Positions 1 to 7,437 of a stretch of 13,291 nt of DNA are shown one piece after another; within the stretch, counting starts at the first letter, position 1; each line of letters begins with the position of its first letter. A program made the position numbers and the translations under genes. The notes below the pieces were generated by a model. The model made no database searches, was not told where the DNA came from, and saw only the letters and a list, made by a program, of their open reading frames with translations. Origin of the DNA: a virus; the UHGV virus genome UHGV-0257054; one strand, 5' to 3'.

Positions 1-65
1 AGGCTGACAGCCTGATTGCAAAATTCAAAGAAGCTGGCGGAACGCTCAGAGAGAGTGAGGTATGA
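1..65 (+). CDS. 3' end of endolysin (lysozyme) gene, partial
   Basis: Frame 3 is open from the window edge ([20 protein letters not shown]) to a TGA at 63-65 that overlaps the Rz ATG at 62 in an ATGA junction. Position directly upstream of Rz/Rz1 matches the holin-endolysin-spanin order of lambdoid and P22-like phages. Too short to confirm by sequence alone. Confidence 0.45.
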   Translation, partial: ADSLIAKFKEAGGTLRESEV

Positions 66-499
66 GCAGAATAACCGCGATTATCTCCGCTCTGGTTATC
101 TGCGTCATCGTCTGCCTTTCATGGGCGGTTAATCATTACCGTGATAACGCCATCGCCTATAAAGACCAGCGCGACAAAGCCACATCCATCATCGCTGATA
201 TGCAGAAGCGTCAACGTGATGTAGCAGAACTCGACGCCAGATACACAAAGGAGCTTGCTGATGCTAACGCTACTATCGAAAGCCTTCGTGCTGATGTTTC
301 TGCTGGGCGTAAGCGCCTGCAAGTCGCCGCCACCTGTGCAAAGTCAACGACCGGAGCCAGCAGCATGGGCGATGGAGAAAGCCCAAGACTTACAGCAGAT
401 GCTGAACTCAATTATTACCGTCTCCGAAGTGGAATCGACAAGATAACCGCGCAGGTTAACTACCTGCAGGAGTACATCAGGACTCAGTGCCTGAAATAA
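62..499 (+). CDS. Rz: Rz-like i-spanin (inner-membrane spanin subunit)
   Basis: 145 aa with an N-terminal hydrophobic segment ([20 protein letters not shown]) followed by a charged, helix-prone periplasmic domain. Has a +1-frame embedded lipoprotein gene (Rz1). Lies after the endolysin 3' end. Confidence 0.85.
   Translation: MSRITAIISALVICVIVCLSWAVNHYRDNAIAYKDQRDKATSIIADMQKRQRDVAELDARYTKELADANATIESLRADVSAGRKRLQVAATCAKSTTGASSMGDGESPRLTADAELNYYRLRSGIDKITAQVNYLQEYIRTQCLK
261..446 (+). CDS. Rz1: Rz1-like o-spanin (outer-membrane lipoprotein), embedded in Rz in the +1 frame
   Basis: ATG at 261 is preceded by AAGGAG at 248-253. Product [20 protein letters not shown]|[13 protein letters not shown]... 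has a signal peptide, a lipobox (VSAC) and a proline-rich mature part, as in lambda/P22 Rz1. The ORF track's 255 start is a TTG; the ATG at 261 is more likely. Confidence 0.8.
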   Translation: MLTLLSKAFVLMFLLGVSACKSPPPVQSQRPEPAAWAMEKAQDLQQMLNSIITVSEVESTR

Positions 500-530
500 T
501 TTTTTTGCAAATCACAAAGTCAATTTAATG

Positions 531-553
531 AGCCTCGCGATGCGGGGCTTTTT
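531..553 (+). terminator. Rho-independent terminator candidate (first of a tandem pair)
   Basis: GC-rich stem GCCTCG/CGGGGC (one G-U pair), loop CGATG, then a run of five T (549-553), 32 nt after the Rz stop. Confidence 0.55.
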
Positions 554-560
554 GCAATAA

Positions 561-584
561 ATGCGTACCGCAACGCATGTTTTT
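561..584 (+). terminator. Rho-independent terminator candidate (second of a tandem pair)
   Basis: Perfect 6-bp stem ATGCGT/ACGCAT with loop ACCGCA, followed by GTTTTT. An A-tract lies upstream (CAATAAA). Confidence 0.5.
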
Positions 585-699
585 ACACCGAACCTGCCCC
601 TTTGGAATGGGCCTTTGAGGATACCAGTTAGTGCTGGCGAGCCTCGGTGGGCTGGTTTCCTGTGCGGCAAAGGTTCATTTCAAAGAGTAGGTACACGCT

Positions 700-1197
700 A
701 TGAAATCATTAACCCTCTTCAATCAACCAATTCGTATCGGTGAAGATGGCATGATCTGCCTCACTGATATGTGGAAAGCCAGTGGTAAAAGTGAATCTGA
801 ATCTCCGTACCACTACCTGCGAAACAAGCAGACCAAAGAGTTCTTAGCCGAGCTGGAGAAAAACCACGAATCTGTGGTTTTTACTGAGCGCGGTGTACAC
901 GGTGGAACATATGGCGGGAAGTTTGTTGCTTACGATTATGCGGCTTGGTTAAACCCCGGGTTCAAGTACGCGGCCTATAAAGTCCTCGATGACTACTTCA
1001 CCGGAGAACTTCAGCATCGCAACAGCTTAAGTGCGCAGCTCAACATGAAATGTCATGAGTTTGACCAGAAGAAAGACATGGCGAGCTTCTGCGGACAAGG
1101 ACTGGCGGCATGGCGCTATACGAAGCCAGTGTTGGTCGCTGAGATTAACTCCCTGGCTAACCAGCTGCAGATTACGATCCCCGGGCTTCCGGGATGA
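700..1197 (+). CDS. KilA-N domain protein (APSES-type DNA-binding domain; antirepressor/Bro-like family)
   Basis: 165-aa ORF. The N-terminal ~100 aa match the KilA-N pattern as I remember it (IRIGEDGMICLTDMWKASGK..., ...GTYGGKFVAYDYAAWLNPGFKYAAYKVL). Stop overlaps the next ORF's start in ATGA (1194-1197). Confidence 0.6.
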   Translation: MKSLTLFNQPIRIGEDGMICLTDMWKASGKSESESPYHYLRNKQTKEFLAELEKNHESVVFTERGVHGGTYGGKFVAYDYAAWLNPGFKYAAYKVLDDYFTGELQHRNSLSAQLNMKCHEFDQKKDMASFCGQGLAAWRYTKPVLVAEINSLANQLQITIPGLPG

Positions 1198-1451
1198 GTG
1201 ATCGTGTCATTGAATGCGCCTCCAGAGCGGGGCGCGACTTCTCAGAGTTCATGAAAGGCGAGAAGGGCATGATGGAAGCATTGGCCTCGGTGGATGAGTT
1301 TGGCGAGCAGCTGCGCCTCAACGGCTGTGTCAATCATCACTTTGTTAGCTACATGATGCGGAACTCGATCATGCAGGCATTCATGGACATGGCAAAAGCC
1401 GAGAGGAAAGAAGAGCGCCGGCGTAAGCGAGCGGAAGCAAAAGCGAAGTAG
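1194..1451 (+). CDS. Hypothetical 85-aa protein with a highly basic C-terminus, translationally coupled to the KilA-N gene
   Basis: ORF start overlaps the upstream stop (ATGA). C-terminus is KAERKEERRRKRAEAKAK. No family recognised from sequence. Confidence 0.5.
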   Translation: MSDRVIECASRAGRDFSEFMKGEKGMMEALASVDEFGEQLRLNGCVNHHFVSYMMRNSIMQAFMDMAKAERKEERRRKRAEAKAK

Positions 1452-1453
1452 CC

Positions 1454-1488
1454 ATTACAAAGCCTACCTACGGGTGGGCTTGATAATG
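1454..1488 (+). repeat. Copy A of a repeated hairpin element (ATTACAAAGCC ... CCTAC ... GGCTT-GATAATG)
   Basis: Begins 3 nt after the stop at 1449-1451. 9-bp stem AAGCCTACC/GGTGGGCTT (one G-U pair), loop TACG, immediately followed by GATAATG. A second copy lies at 2037-2075. Confidence 0.6.
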
Positions 1489-1677
1489 AAACCGGAGTTA
1501 ATTTCTGGTCACTAATTAACGGCAGTACAGCGATACAACCCAAGCCAGTAAGTGGGGAAATAACACTGGCAGCCACTGAAAGATGAACCTCCTGCCTTAT
1601 GGCAAAAAAGATTCTTTGTGGTGGCGGACTGATGGAAAGACATCCTAATCAAGCAACCACTCCACAGGGTCATAATT

Positions 1678-2034
1678 ATGAACGATCAGCAAATCGAAAA
1701 AGAAATCGTTGAGAAAGGAAAAACCGCTCCGCGAGTTACGCCTCAATATATCGAAAGCATCATTCTTGAAGAGCATTTCTTTACTGCTTATGACGGCATT
1801 CGTGCTGCCAATATGGGCGTTGGCGATTCATGGACAGCGCATAAATCTACAGACCTCCTGACTTTCTGCGTACTGGTGCTGAAGAATGGCTTCACCGTCA
1901 CCGGAGAGAGTGCCTGTGCAAGCCCGGAAAACTTTGATGCAGAAATTGGTCGGAAGATTGCCCGGCAGAATGCTGTAAACAAAATCTGGATGCTCGAAGG
2001 TTACTTGCTGAAGCAGAAGCTAAGCGAACAGTAG
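1678..2034 (+). CDS. Phage protein of the N4-gp49 / Sf6-gp66 family (function unknown)
   Basis: 118-aa ORF. The motif stretch ...TVTGESACASPENFDAEIGRKIARQNAVNKIWMLEGYLL resembles this family as I remember it. Recollection only, no alignment. Confidence 0.5.
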   Translation: MNDQQIEKEIVEKGKTAPRVTPQYIESIILEEHFFTAYDGIRAANMGVGDSWTAHKSTDLLTFCVLVLKNGFTVTGESACASPENFDAEIGRKIARQNAVNKIWMLEGYLLKQKLSEQ

Positions 2035-2036
2035 TT

Positions 2037-2075
2037 ATTACAAAAGCCATTCCCTACAGAATGGCTTTGATAATG
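2037..2075 (+). repeat. Copy B of the repeated hairpin element
   Basis: Begins 3 nt after the stop at 2032-2034. Perfect 10-bp stem AAAGCCATTC/GAATGGCTTT, loop CCTACA, immediately followed by GATAATG. Shares the ATTACAAA(A)GCC prefix, the CCTAC loop core and the GGCTT(T)GATAATG suffix with copy A. Confidence 0.6.
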
Positions 2076-2137
2076 GCTTATACCCTACACGGGATAACTT
2101 AACTGATATCCCTTTTAACGGATAAACGGAGCCAACA

Positions 2138-2380
2138 ATGGCAGAGATTATTCCCATGACTGAAGAACAGAAATTCCAGCTAGAGATTTACAAACTGGTC
2201 ATGAACCAGAACGCAGCCGCAGAGGAAGCATTTCAGTTCATTGGCACTGACGAACTGAAGCTTGAGCTATTCAAAATTCACTTCCAGTCAGGCGGCGCTA
2301 ATTCGGATATCACGATCCGCACATTTGAAGCGGTGCGTAAATCGAAGGAAGCGTTAGACCTGTTCACTACCGGAGCATAA
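2138..2380 (+). CDS. Hypothetical 80-aa protein directly upstream of the small terminase gene
   Basis: ORF with RBS-like AACGGAG upstream. Its stop TAA is 2 nt before the small-terminase ATG at 2383. No family recognised. Confidence 0.5.
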   Translation: MAEIIPMTEEQKFQLEIYKLVMNQNAAAEEAFQFIGTDELKLELFKIHFQSGGANSDITIRTFEAVRKSKEALDLFTTGA

Positions 2381-2382
2381 AC

Positions 2383-2823
2383 ATGGCGCGCCCAACAAAG
2401 TATCAAGAGGCGTATGCCGAACAGGCACGCAAACTGTGCTTGCTGGGCTACACCGATGCAGAACTTGCTGATTTCTTTGAAGTCAGTGAGTCAACTATTA
2501 ACAAGTGGAAGCTTGATTATCCTAAGTTTTCGGAGTCCATAAAAAAGGGTAAGGCCGTCGCTGATGCAGAAGTTAGTGACCGTCTTTATCAACGCGCTAT
2601 GGGCTTTGTGGCTCCAGACATCGATATTCGTGTTATTGAAAACAGAATTGTCGAAACTCCGCTTGAGAAGTATTACCCGCCTGATACAACCGCCGCCATC
2701 TTCTGGCTTAAGAACCGACAGAAGGATAAATGGCGCGACAAGGTTGATCACGAGCTAACAGGCAAAGACGGCGGCGCAATTCAGATTGAAACATCACCGA
2801 TGAGCACTCTATTCGGAAAATGA
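2383..2823 (+). CDS. Terminase small subunit (TerS)
   Basis: 146 aa. The N-terminal helix-turn-helix-like region (GYTDAELADFFEVSESTINKW) is typical of TerS DNA-binding domains. The C-terminal tail ...TGKDGGAIQIETSPMSTLFGK matches my recollection of Sf6 gp1. Stop overlaps the large-terminase ATG (ATGA at 2820-2823). Confidence 0.85.
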   Translation: MARPTKYQEAYAEQARKLCLLGYTDAELADFFEVSESTINKWKLDYPKFSESIKKGKAVADAEVSDRLYQRAMGFVAPDIDIRVIENRIVETPLEKYYPPDTTAAIFWLKNRQKDKWRDKVDHELTGKDGGAIQIETSPMSTLFGK

Positions 2824-4235
2824 CCTCGATTAATCCTATCTTTGAACCGTTCATTGAGGCGCATCGCTACAAAGTTGCCAAAGGCGGTCGAGGTAGCGGT
2901 AAGTCATGGGCAATTGCGAGGCTGCTTGTTGAGGCGGCGCGTCGGCAGCCGGTGCGTATTCTCTGCGCTCGTGAACTGCAAAACAGTATCAGCGATTCGG
3001 TAATCCGGTTGCTTGAAGATACCATCGAGCGTGAAGGGTATACGGCTGAGTTTGAAATTCAGCGTTCCATGATTCGTCATCTCGGAACGAATGCTGAGTT
3101 CATGTTCTACGGCATCAAAAACAACCCGACGAAGATTAAATCGCTCGAAGGCATTGATATCTGCTGGGTGGAGGAAGCGGAAGCGGTAACGAAGGAATCA
3201 TGGGATATCCTGATACCAACCATCCGCAAGCCATTTTCCGAAATATGGGTGAGCTTCAACCCGAAAAACATCCTCGACGATACCTATCAGCGATTCGTAG
3301 TAAACCCTCCCGATGATATTTGTCTGCTGACGGTGAACTACACCGACAACCCGCACTTTCCTGAAGTTCTCCGTCTGGAGATGGAAGAGTGTAAACGCAG
3401 AAACCCGACACTGTATCGTCACATCTGGCTTGGTGAGCCAGTAAGCGCAAGTGATATGGCAATCATCAAACGTGAATGGCTTGAAGCCGCAACCGATGCG
3501 CACAAGAAACTCGGATGGAAAGCGAAAGGCGCTGTTGTCTCTGCGCATGACCCATCAGATACAGGGCCAGATGCTAAAGGTTATGCATCGCGTCACGGTT
3601 CGGTAGTTAAGCGCATTGCCGAAGGTCTGCTGATGGACATCAACGAGGGTGCTGACTGGGCTACTTCGCTGGCGATTGAAGACGGCGCTGACCATTACCT
3701 GTGGGATGGTGATGGCGTCGGTGCGGGCCTACGCAGACAGACAACGGAAGCGTTCTCCGGCAAGAAAATCACCGCCACGATGTTCAAGGGCAGTGAATCG
3801 CCATTCGATGAAGATGCGCCATATCAGGCCGGAGCATGGGCTGATGAAGTCGTACAGGGCGACAATGTTCGCACTATTGGCGATGTGTTCCGCAATAAGC
3901 GAGCACAATTCTATTACGCGCTGGCTGACAGGCTGTATCTGACATATCGGGCGGTTGTTCACGGTGAGTATGCAGACCCAGACGACATGCTGAGTTTCGA
4001 CAAAGAAGCGATAGGCGAGAAGATGCTGGAGAAGCTGTTTGCAGAACTGACGCAGATTCAGCGCAAATTCAATAATAACGGGAAGCTGGAGCTTATGACT
4101 AAGGTCGAAATGAAGCAGAAGCTCGGTATTCCATCTCCTAACCTGGCTGATGCGCTGATGATGTGTATGCATTGCCCAGAGTCGGCTGCGCAACACGACT
4201 ATTCCAGTTACTCAATTCCTTGTGGTGTAGGTTGA
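2820..4235 (+). CDS. Terminase large subunit (TerL; ATPase plus nuclease)
   Basis: 471 aa with a Walker A motif (KGGRGSGKS at residues 21-29) and a Walker B-like motif (ICWVEEAE). Start and length match my recollection of Sf6 gp2. Sits between TerS and portal. Confidence 0.95.
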   Translation: MTSINPIFEPFIEAHRYKVAKGGRGSGKSWAIARLLVEAARRQPVRILCARELQNSISDSVIRLLEDTIEREGYTAEFEIQRSMIRHLGTNAEFMFYGIKNNPTKIKSLEGIDICWVEEAEAVTKESWDILIPTIRKPFSEIWVSFNPKNILDDTYQRFVVNPPDDICLLTVNYTDNPHFPEVLRLEMEECKRRNPTLYRHIWLGEPVSASDMAIIKREWLEAATDAHKKLGWKAKGAVVSAHDPSDTGPDAKGYASRHGSVVKRIAEGLLMDINEGADWATSLAIEDGADHYLWDGDGVGAGLRRQTTEAFSGKKITATMFKGSESPFDEDAPYQAGAWADEVVQGDNVRTIGDVFRNKRAQFYYALADRLYLTYRAVVHGEYADPDDMLSFDKEAIGEKMLEKLFAELTQIQRKFNNNGKLELMTKVEMKQKLGIPSPNLADALMMCMHCPESAAQHDYSSYSIPCGVG

Positions 4236-4236
4236 T

Positions 4237-6435
4237 ATGGCAGAAAAAAAGATGACTGACTGGCATCGCAATGTGCTGTGCAACTTTGATAATGCCTGGT
4301 CAGCAACGCAGGATATGCGTGAGCAGATTATTGAAGCTCAACGTTTCGTCCGGGTGTCCGGCGCACAGTGGGAAGGCAGCACAAACGCTGGTTACTCATT
4401 TGATGAAGGCAGGTTTGAGCATTACCCGCGCTTTGAGCTGAATAAGATTGCCCGTGAATGTGATCGCATCATTGGCGAGTATCGACAGAATCGCATCAGC
4501 GTTAAATTCAGGCCGAAGGATGACAAGGCATCGGAAGCGTTAGCCGAAAAGATGAACGGCAAATTCCGCGCTGACTATCAGGAAACATCCGGTGGCGAAG
4601 CGTGTGATAACGCATTTGATGATGCTGTAACGGGCGGATTCGGTTGTTTCCGCATGTGTGCCGATTACGAAGATGAAATGGATCCGAGTAACGAGCAGCG
4701 ACGCATCAGCCTTCTTCCTGTTTACGACCCAGCGACATGCGTCTTCTTCGATCAGGACAGCAAGCAATATGACCGCTCTGATGCTATGTGGGCTATGGAA
4801 ATGTTCTCCATGACGCCTAAAGCGTTCGAGGCTGAATACCCTGATTCCATCGCAGCAAGCCTTTCTCGTGATGACACTGGCACTCAATATGACTGGTCAA
4901 CGCCAGATGCCATCTATGTTGGGCGCTACTACGAAGTTCGCATAGAGAAGGTGAAGCTCACGGCATGGCGCAACCCTGTTAGCGGAGAGACGGCAATCTA
5001 TGATGAAGATCAAATCAAAGATATTGTCGATGAGCTAACCGATGGTGCATTCGAACTGATCGGTGAGCGGACGGTGAAGAAACGCAGAGTTTATTGCGGT
5101 CTTCTGTCTGGCGCTGAATGGCTGGAAGAACCTAAGCGTATTCCTGGCGAACATATTCCTCTCATCCCGGTATATGGGCGTCGTTCATTTGTTGATAATC
5201 AGGAGCGAATCGAAGGCCACGCAGCAAAAGCGATGGATGCACAGCGTCTTGAGAACCTGATGGTTTCCATGATTGCAGATAACGCTACTCAGGCTGGCGG
5301 TGATGGCATTCCTATCGTGGATGTTGATTTCATTCCCGGTCCATTAATGAATCACTGGGCAGAGAGGAATAAAAAAAGACCTGCAGTTCTTCCCATGACC
5401 AGCAAGAAGGACAAAAACGGAACGGTCATTTCAGAGGCTCAGGTTGCTGGCTGGACACCTCCGACACAAATGCCTCCTGCTCTTGCCGGGCTATTGCAGT
5501 ACACCGGAACGGCTATTCAGCAAATTACAGGTGCGTCGCAGCTTGAGAACATGCCGAGCAACGTCGCTACCGATACCGTTGATAGCATCTTTAATCGGAT
5601 GGACACGCAGTCCTATATCTACATGGACAACATGGCTAAATCCATGCGCCGTGCTGGCGTCGTGTGGCTTTCTATGGCTCGTGAAGTCTATGGCAGCGAT
5701 ACGCCAATGCGCATCGTTAATGAGGATGGCAGCGATGACGTGGCGCTGATGACTGGTGAAGTGGTTGACCGTCAGACAGGGCAGGTTATCGCGCTTAACG
5801 ACCTTTCGCAGGGTAACTATGAAGTGACTGTCGATGTCGGTCAGTCGTTCGCTACTCGCCGTGATGCAACGGTTAAGTCGTTACTTTCCATGCTGGCACT
5901 TATCCCACCAGGAACGCCGAAGCACGACCTTGTATCGTCGATGATTCTCGACAATATGGACGGCGAAGGGATGGACGACCTGAAAGAATACAACCGCAAT
6001 CAGTTGCTTCTGTCTGGCGTTATCAAGCCGAGAACGCCTGAAGAACAGCAGATGGTTGAACAGGCGAAACAACAACAGGCCAGTCAGCCAGATCCGGCTA
6101 TGGTTGCTGCGCAAGGTCAGCTTCTTGCTGGTCAGGCTGAATTGCAGAAAGCGCAGAACGAGCAGGCAGCCATTCAGGTTAAAGCATTCCAGGCACAGAC
6201 GGATGCTCAGGTTGCAGCGGCAAATGTTGTGAAAATCCTCGCATCTGCCGATAGCCAGCAGAAATCTGATATCCGCGAGGCTCTGAAACTGCTCGGACAG
6301 TTCCAGCAACAGCAAGGAGACAATGCCCGTGCTGATGCAGAGCTTGTCCTGAAAAGTCAGGCACAGGGCCATGCGCAGCGCATGGACATCAGCAGCATCC
6401 TGCAAAAATCAACTCAGCAACAACCACAGCAGTAA
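4237..6435 (+). CDS. Portal protein (P22 gp1-like)
   Basis: 732 aa. Several stretches match my recollection of P22 portal: PGEHIPLIPVYG, DPAMVAAQGQLLAGQAELQKAQNEQ, RMDISSILQ. Q-rich C-terminal helical barrel. Starts 1 nt after the TerL stop. Confidence 0.95.
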   Translation: MAEKKMTDWHRNVLCNFDNAWSATQDMREQIIEAQRFVRVSGAQWEGSTNAGYSFDEGRFEHYPRFELNKIARECDRIIGEYRQNRISVKFRPKDDKASEALAEKMNGKFRADYQETSGGEACDNAFDDAVTGGFGCFRMCADYEDEMDPSNEQRRISLLPVYDPATCVFFDQDSKQYDRSDAMWAMEMFSMTPKAFEAEYPDSIAASLSRDDTGTQYDWSTPDAIYVGRYYEVRIEKVKLTAWRNPVSGETAIYDEDQIKDIVDELTDGAFELIGERTVKKRRVYCGLLSGAEWLEEPKRIPGEHIPLIPVYGRRSFVDNQERIEGHAAKAMDAQRLENLMVSMIADNATQAGGDGIPIVDVDFIPGPLMNHWAERNKKRPAVLPMTSKKDKNGTVISEAQVAGWTPPTQMPPALAGLLQYTGTAIQQITGASQLENMPSNVATDTVDSIFNRMDTQSYIYMDNMAKSMRRAGVVWLSMAREVYGSDTPMRIVNEDGSDDVALMTGEVVDRQTGQVIALNDLSQGNYEVTVDVGQSFATRRDATVKSLLSMLALIPPGTPKHDLVSSMILDNMDGEGMDDLKEYNRNQLLLSGVIKPRTPEEQQMVEQAKQQQASQPDPAMVAAQGQLLAGQAELQKAQNEQAAIQVKAFQAQTDAQVAAANVVKILASADSQQKSDIREALKLLGQFQQQQGDNARADAELVLKSQAQGHAQRMDISSILQKSTQQQPQQ

Positions 6436-6525
6436 TTAACCCATAACGTGCAATGGCTGTCTTTATGAGGCCTGGCACCCTATTGCCTTCCGATGGGCTG
6501 AACATCGAGTAAACAGGGGTAACAA

Positions 6526-7419
6526 ATGGACCAGATGGCAGAAAACACACCAGAAGTTGAAATCGAAACCGACGCGTCAGAGCAGATTCCTGATGATGTC
6601 GAACTGGCTGAAGAAGTCGAAACAGAAGATGGCAGTGAGTCCTCCGGCAATGCTGCAGAGGAAGCTACTGAAACTGATGACGACGAATCAGAACAGGAAT
6701 TCTACTTTGGTGACGAAAAGCTGGATTCGCCAACCAGCGAAGATGGCGCAGAGCATGGACTGGTAAAACACCTGCGCAAGACGATTAAAGAGAAAGACCG
6801 CGAGCTGAAAGAGCTGATGCGTCAGTCTCAGAAACCCGTCGAGCAGCAGCCGGTAATCACTCAACCACCGCGAATGCCAAAACTGGACGATGAGGACATC
6901 GGTTTCGATGAAGAAATCTACCAGCAACGCATGGCTAAGTGGGCAGAGGATAACGGCAAGTACCAGCAACAGGAGATGGCTCGCAAGCAGAAGGAGCATG
7001 AGCTTCAGGCTGCCTATCAAGAGCGATTATCCAAATATCAGCAACGTGTTAAGGCTCTCAAAGTTCCTGGCTATCAGGAAGCTGAGCAGGCCGTACTCGA
7101 GGAAATTCCCATCGAGACACAAAACGCGATCCTGTTTGAGTCAGAGAAGCCGGAAATCGTTGTTCTGGCGCTCGGTCGCAACGCTGAACTGCGCAAGCAA
7201 CTGGCAGAAGCTACCAACCCCGTAGCAATTGGTCGTCTGCTGGAACGTATCGAATCGAAGGCCAGAATCATGCCAAAAGCAAAAACCACGGCAGCCACAA
7301 CCCCGACAGTTAAGGGGAGCAACGGCGCAGTAATCAATAACCTCGACAAACTGAAAGCCAAGGCGCTGGAAACTGGTGACTGGACGCCGTATTTCGCCGC
7401 TAAAAAGGCAAAAAAATAA
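6526..7419 (+). CDS. Scaffolding protein (P22 gp8-like)
   Basis: 297 aa in the expected position and size. Very acidic N-terminal region and a basic C-terminal helix-rich end (…GDWTPYFAAKKAKK), consistent with a coat-binding scaffold. Confidence 0.85.
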   Translation: MDQMAENTPEVEIETDASEQIPDDVELAEEVETEDGSESSGNAAEEATETDDDESEQEFYFGDEKLDSPTSEDGAEHGLVKHLRKTIKEKDRELKELMRQSQKPVEQQPVITQPPRMPKLDDEDIGFDEEIYQQRMAKWAEDNGKYQQQEMARKQKEHELQAAYQERLSKYQQRVKALKVPGYQEAEQAVLEEIPIETQNAILFESEKPEIVVLALGRNAELRKQLAEATNPVAIGRLLERIESKARIMPKAKTTAATTPTVKGSNGAVINNLDKLKAKALETGDWTPYFAAKKAKK

Positions 7420-7437
7420 CCTATCGGAGCATTAAGC

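Noticed and set aside
255-260. TTG start for Rz1 at 255
   Set aside because: The in-frame ATG at 261 has a well-spaced AAGGAG RBS, and the resulting signal peptide is sufficient.
561-743. 60-aa + strand ORF spanning the terminator region and the start of the KilA-N gene
   Set aside because: Begins inside the second terminator hairpin, has no RBS, and overlaps the well-supported KilA-N start. Most likely a chance ORF in intergenic sequence.
1489-1677. Possible tRNA or small RNA gene in the non-coding region upstream of the gp49-like gene
   Set aside because: No cloverleaf-compatible acceptor or anticodon arm pairing found by eye. More likely a promoter or leader region.
5881-6405. 174-aa minus-strand ORF inside the portal gene, and similar antisense ORFs at 3729-4196, 4540-4887, 6688-7020, 7074-7472, 8133-8513 and 11791-12315
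   Set aside because: All lie antisense within strongly supported + strand structural genes and have odd, Cys/Arg/Leu-rich compositions. Typical shadow ORFs.
6040-6435. Q/A-rich low-complexity stretch that could be read as a repeat or separate feature
   Set aside because: It is the C-terminal helical barrel region of the portal protein, which is Q-rich in P22-type portals. Not an independent element.
6557-7225. Alternative-frame + ORFs (6557-6766, 6890-7225) inside the scaffold gene
   Set aside because: Out-of-frame overlaps of the scaffold gene with basic, low-complexity translations. No RBS and no independent support.
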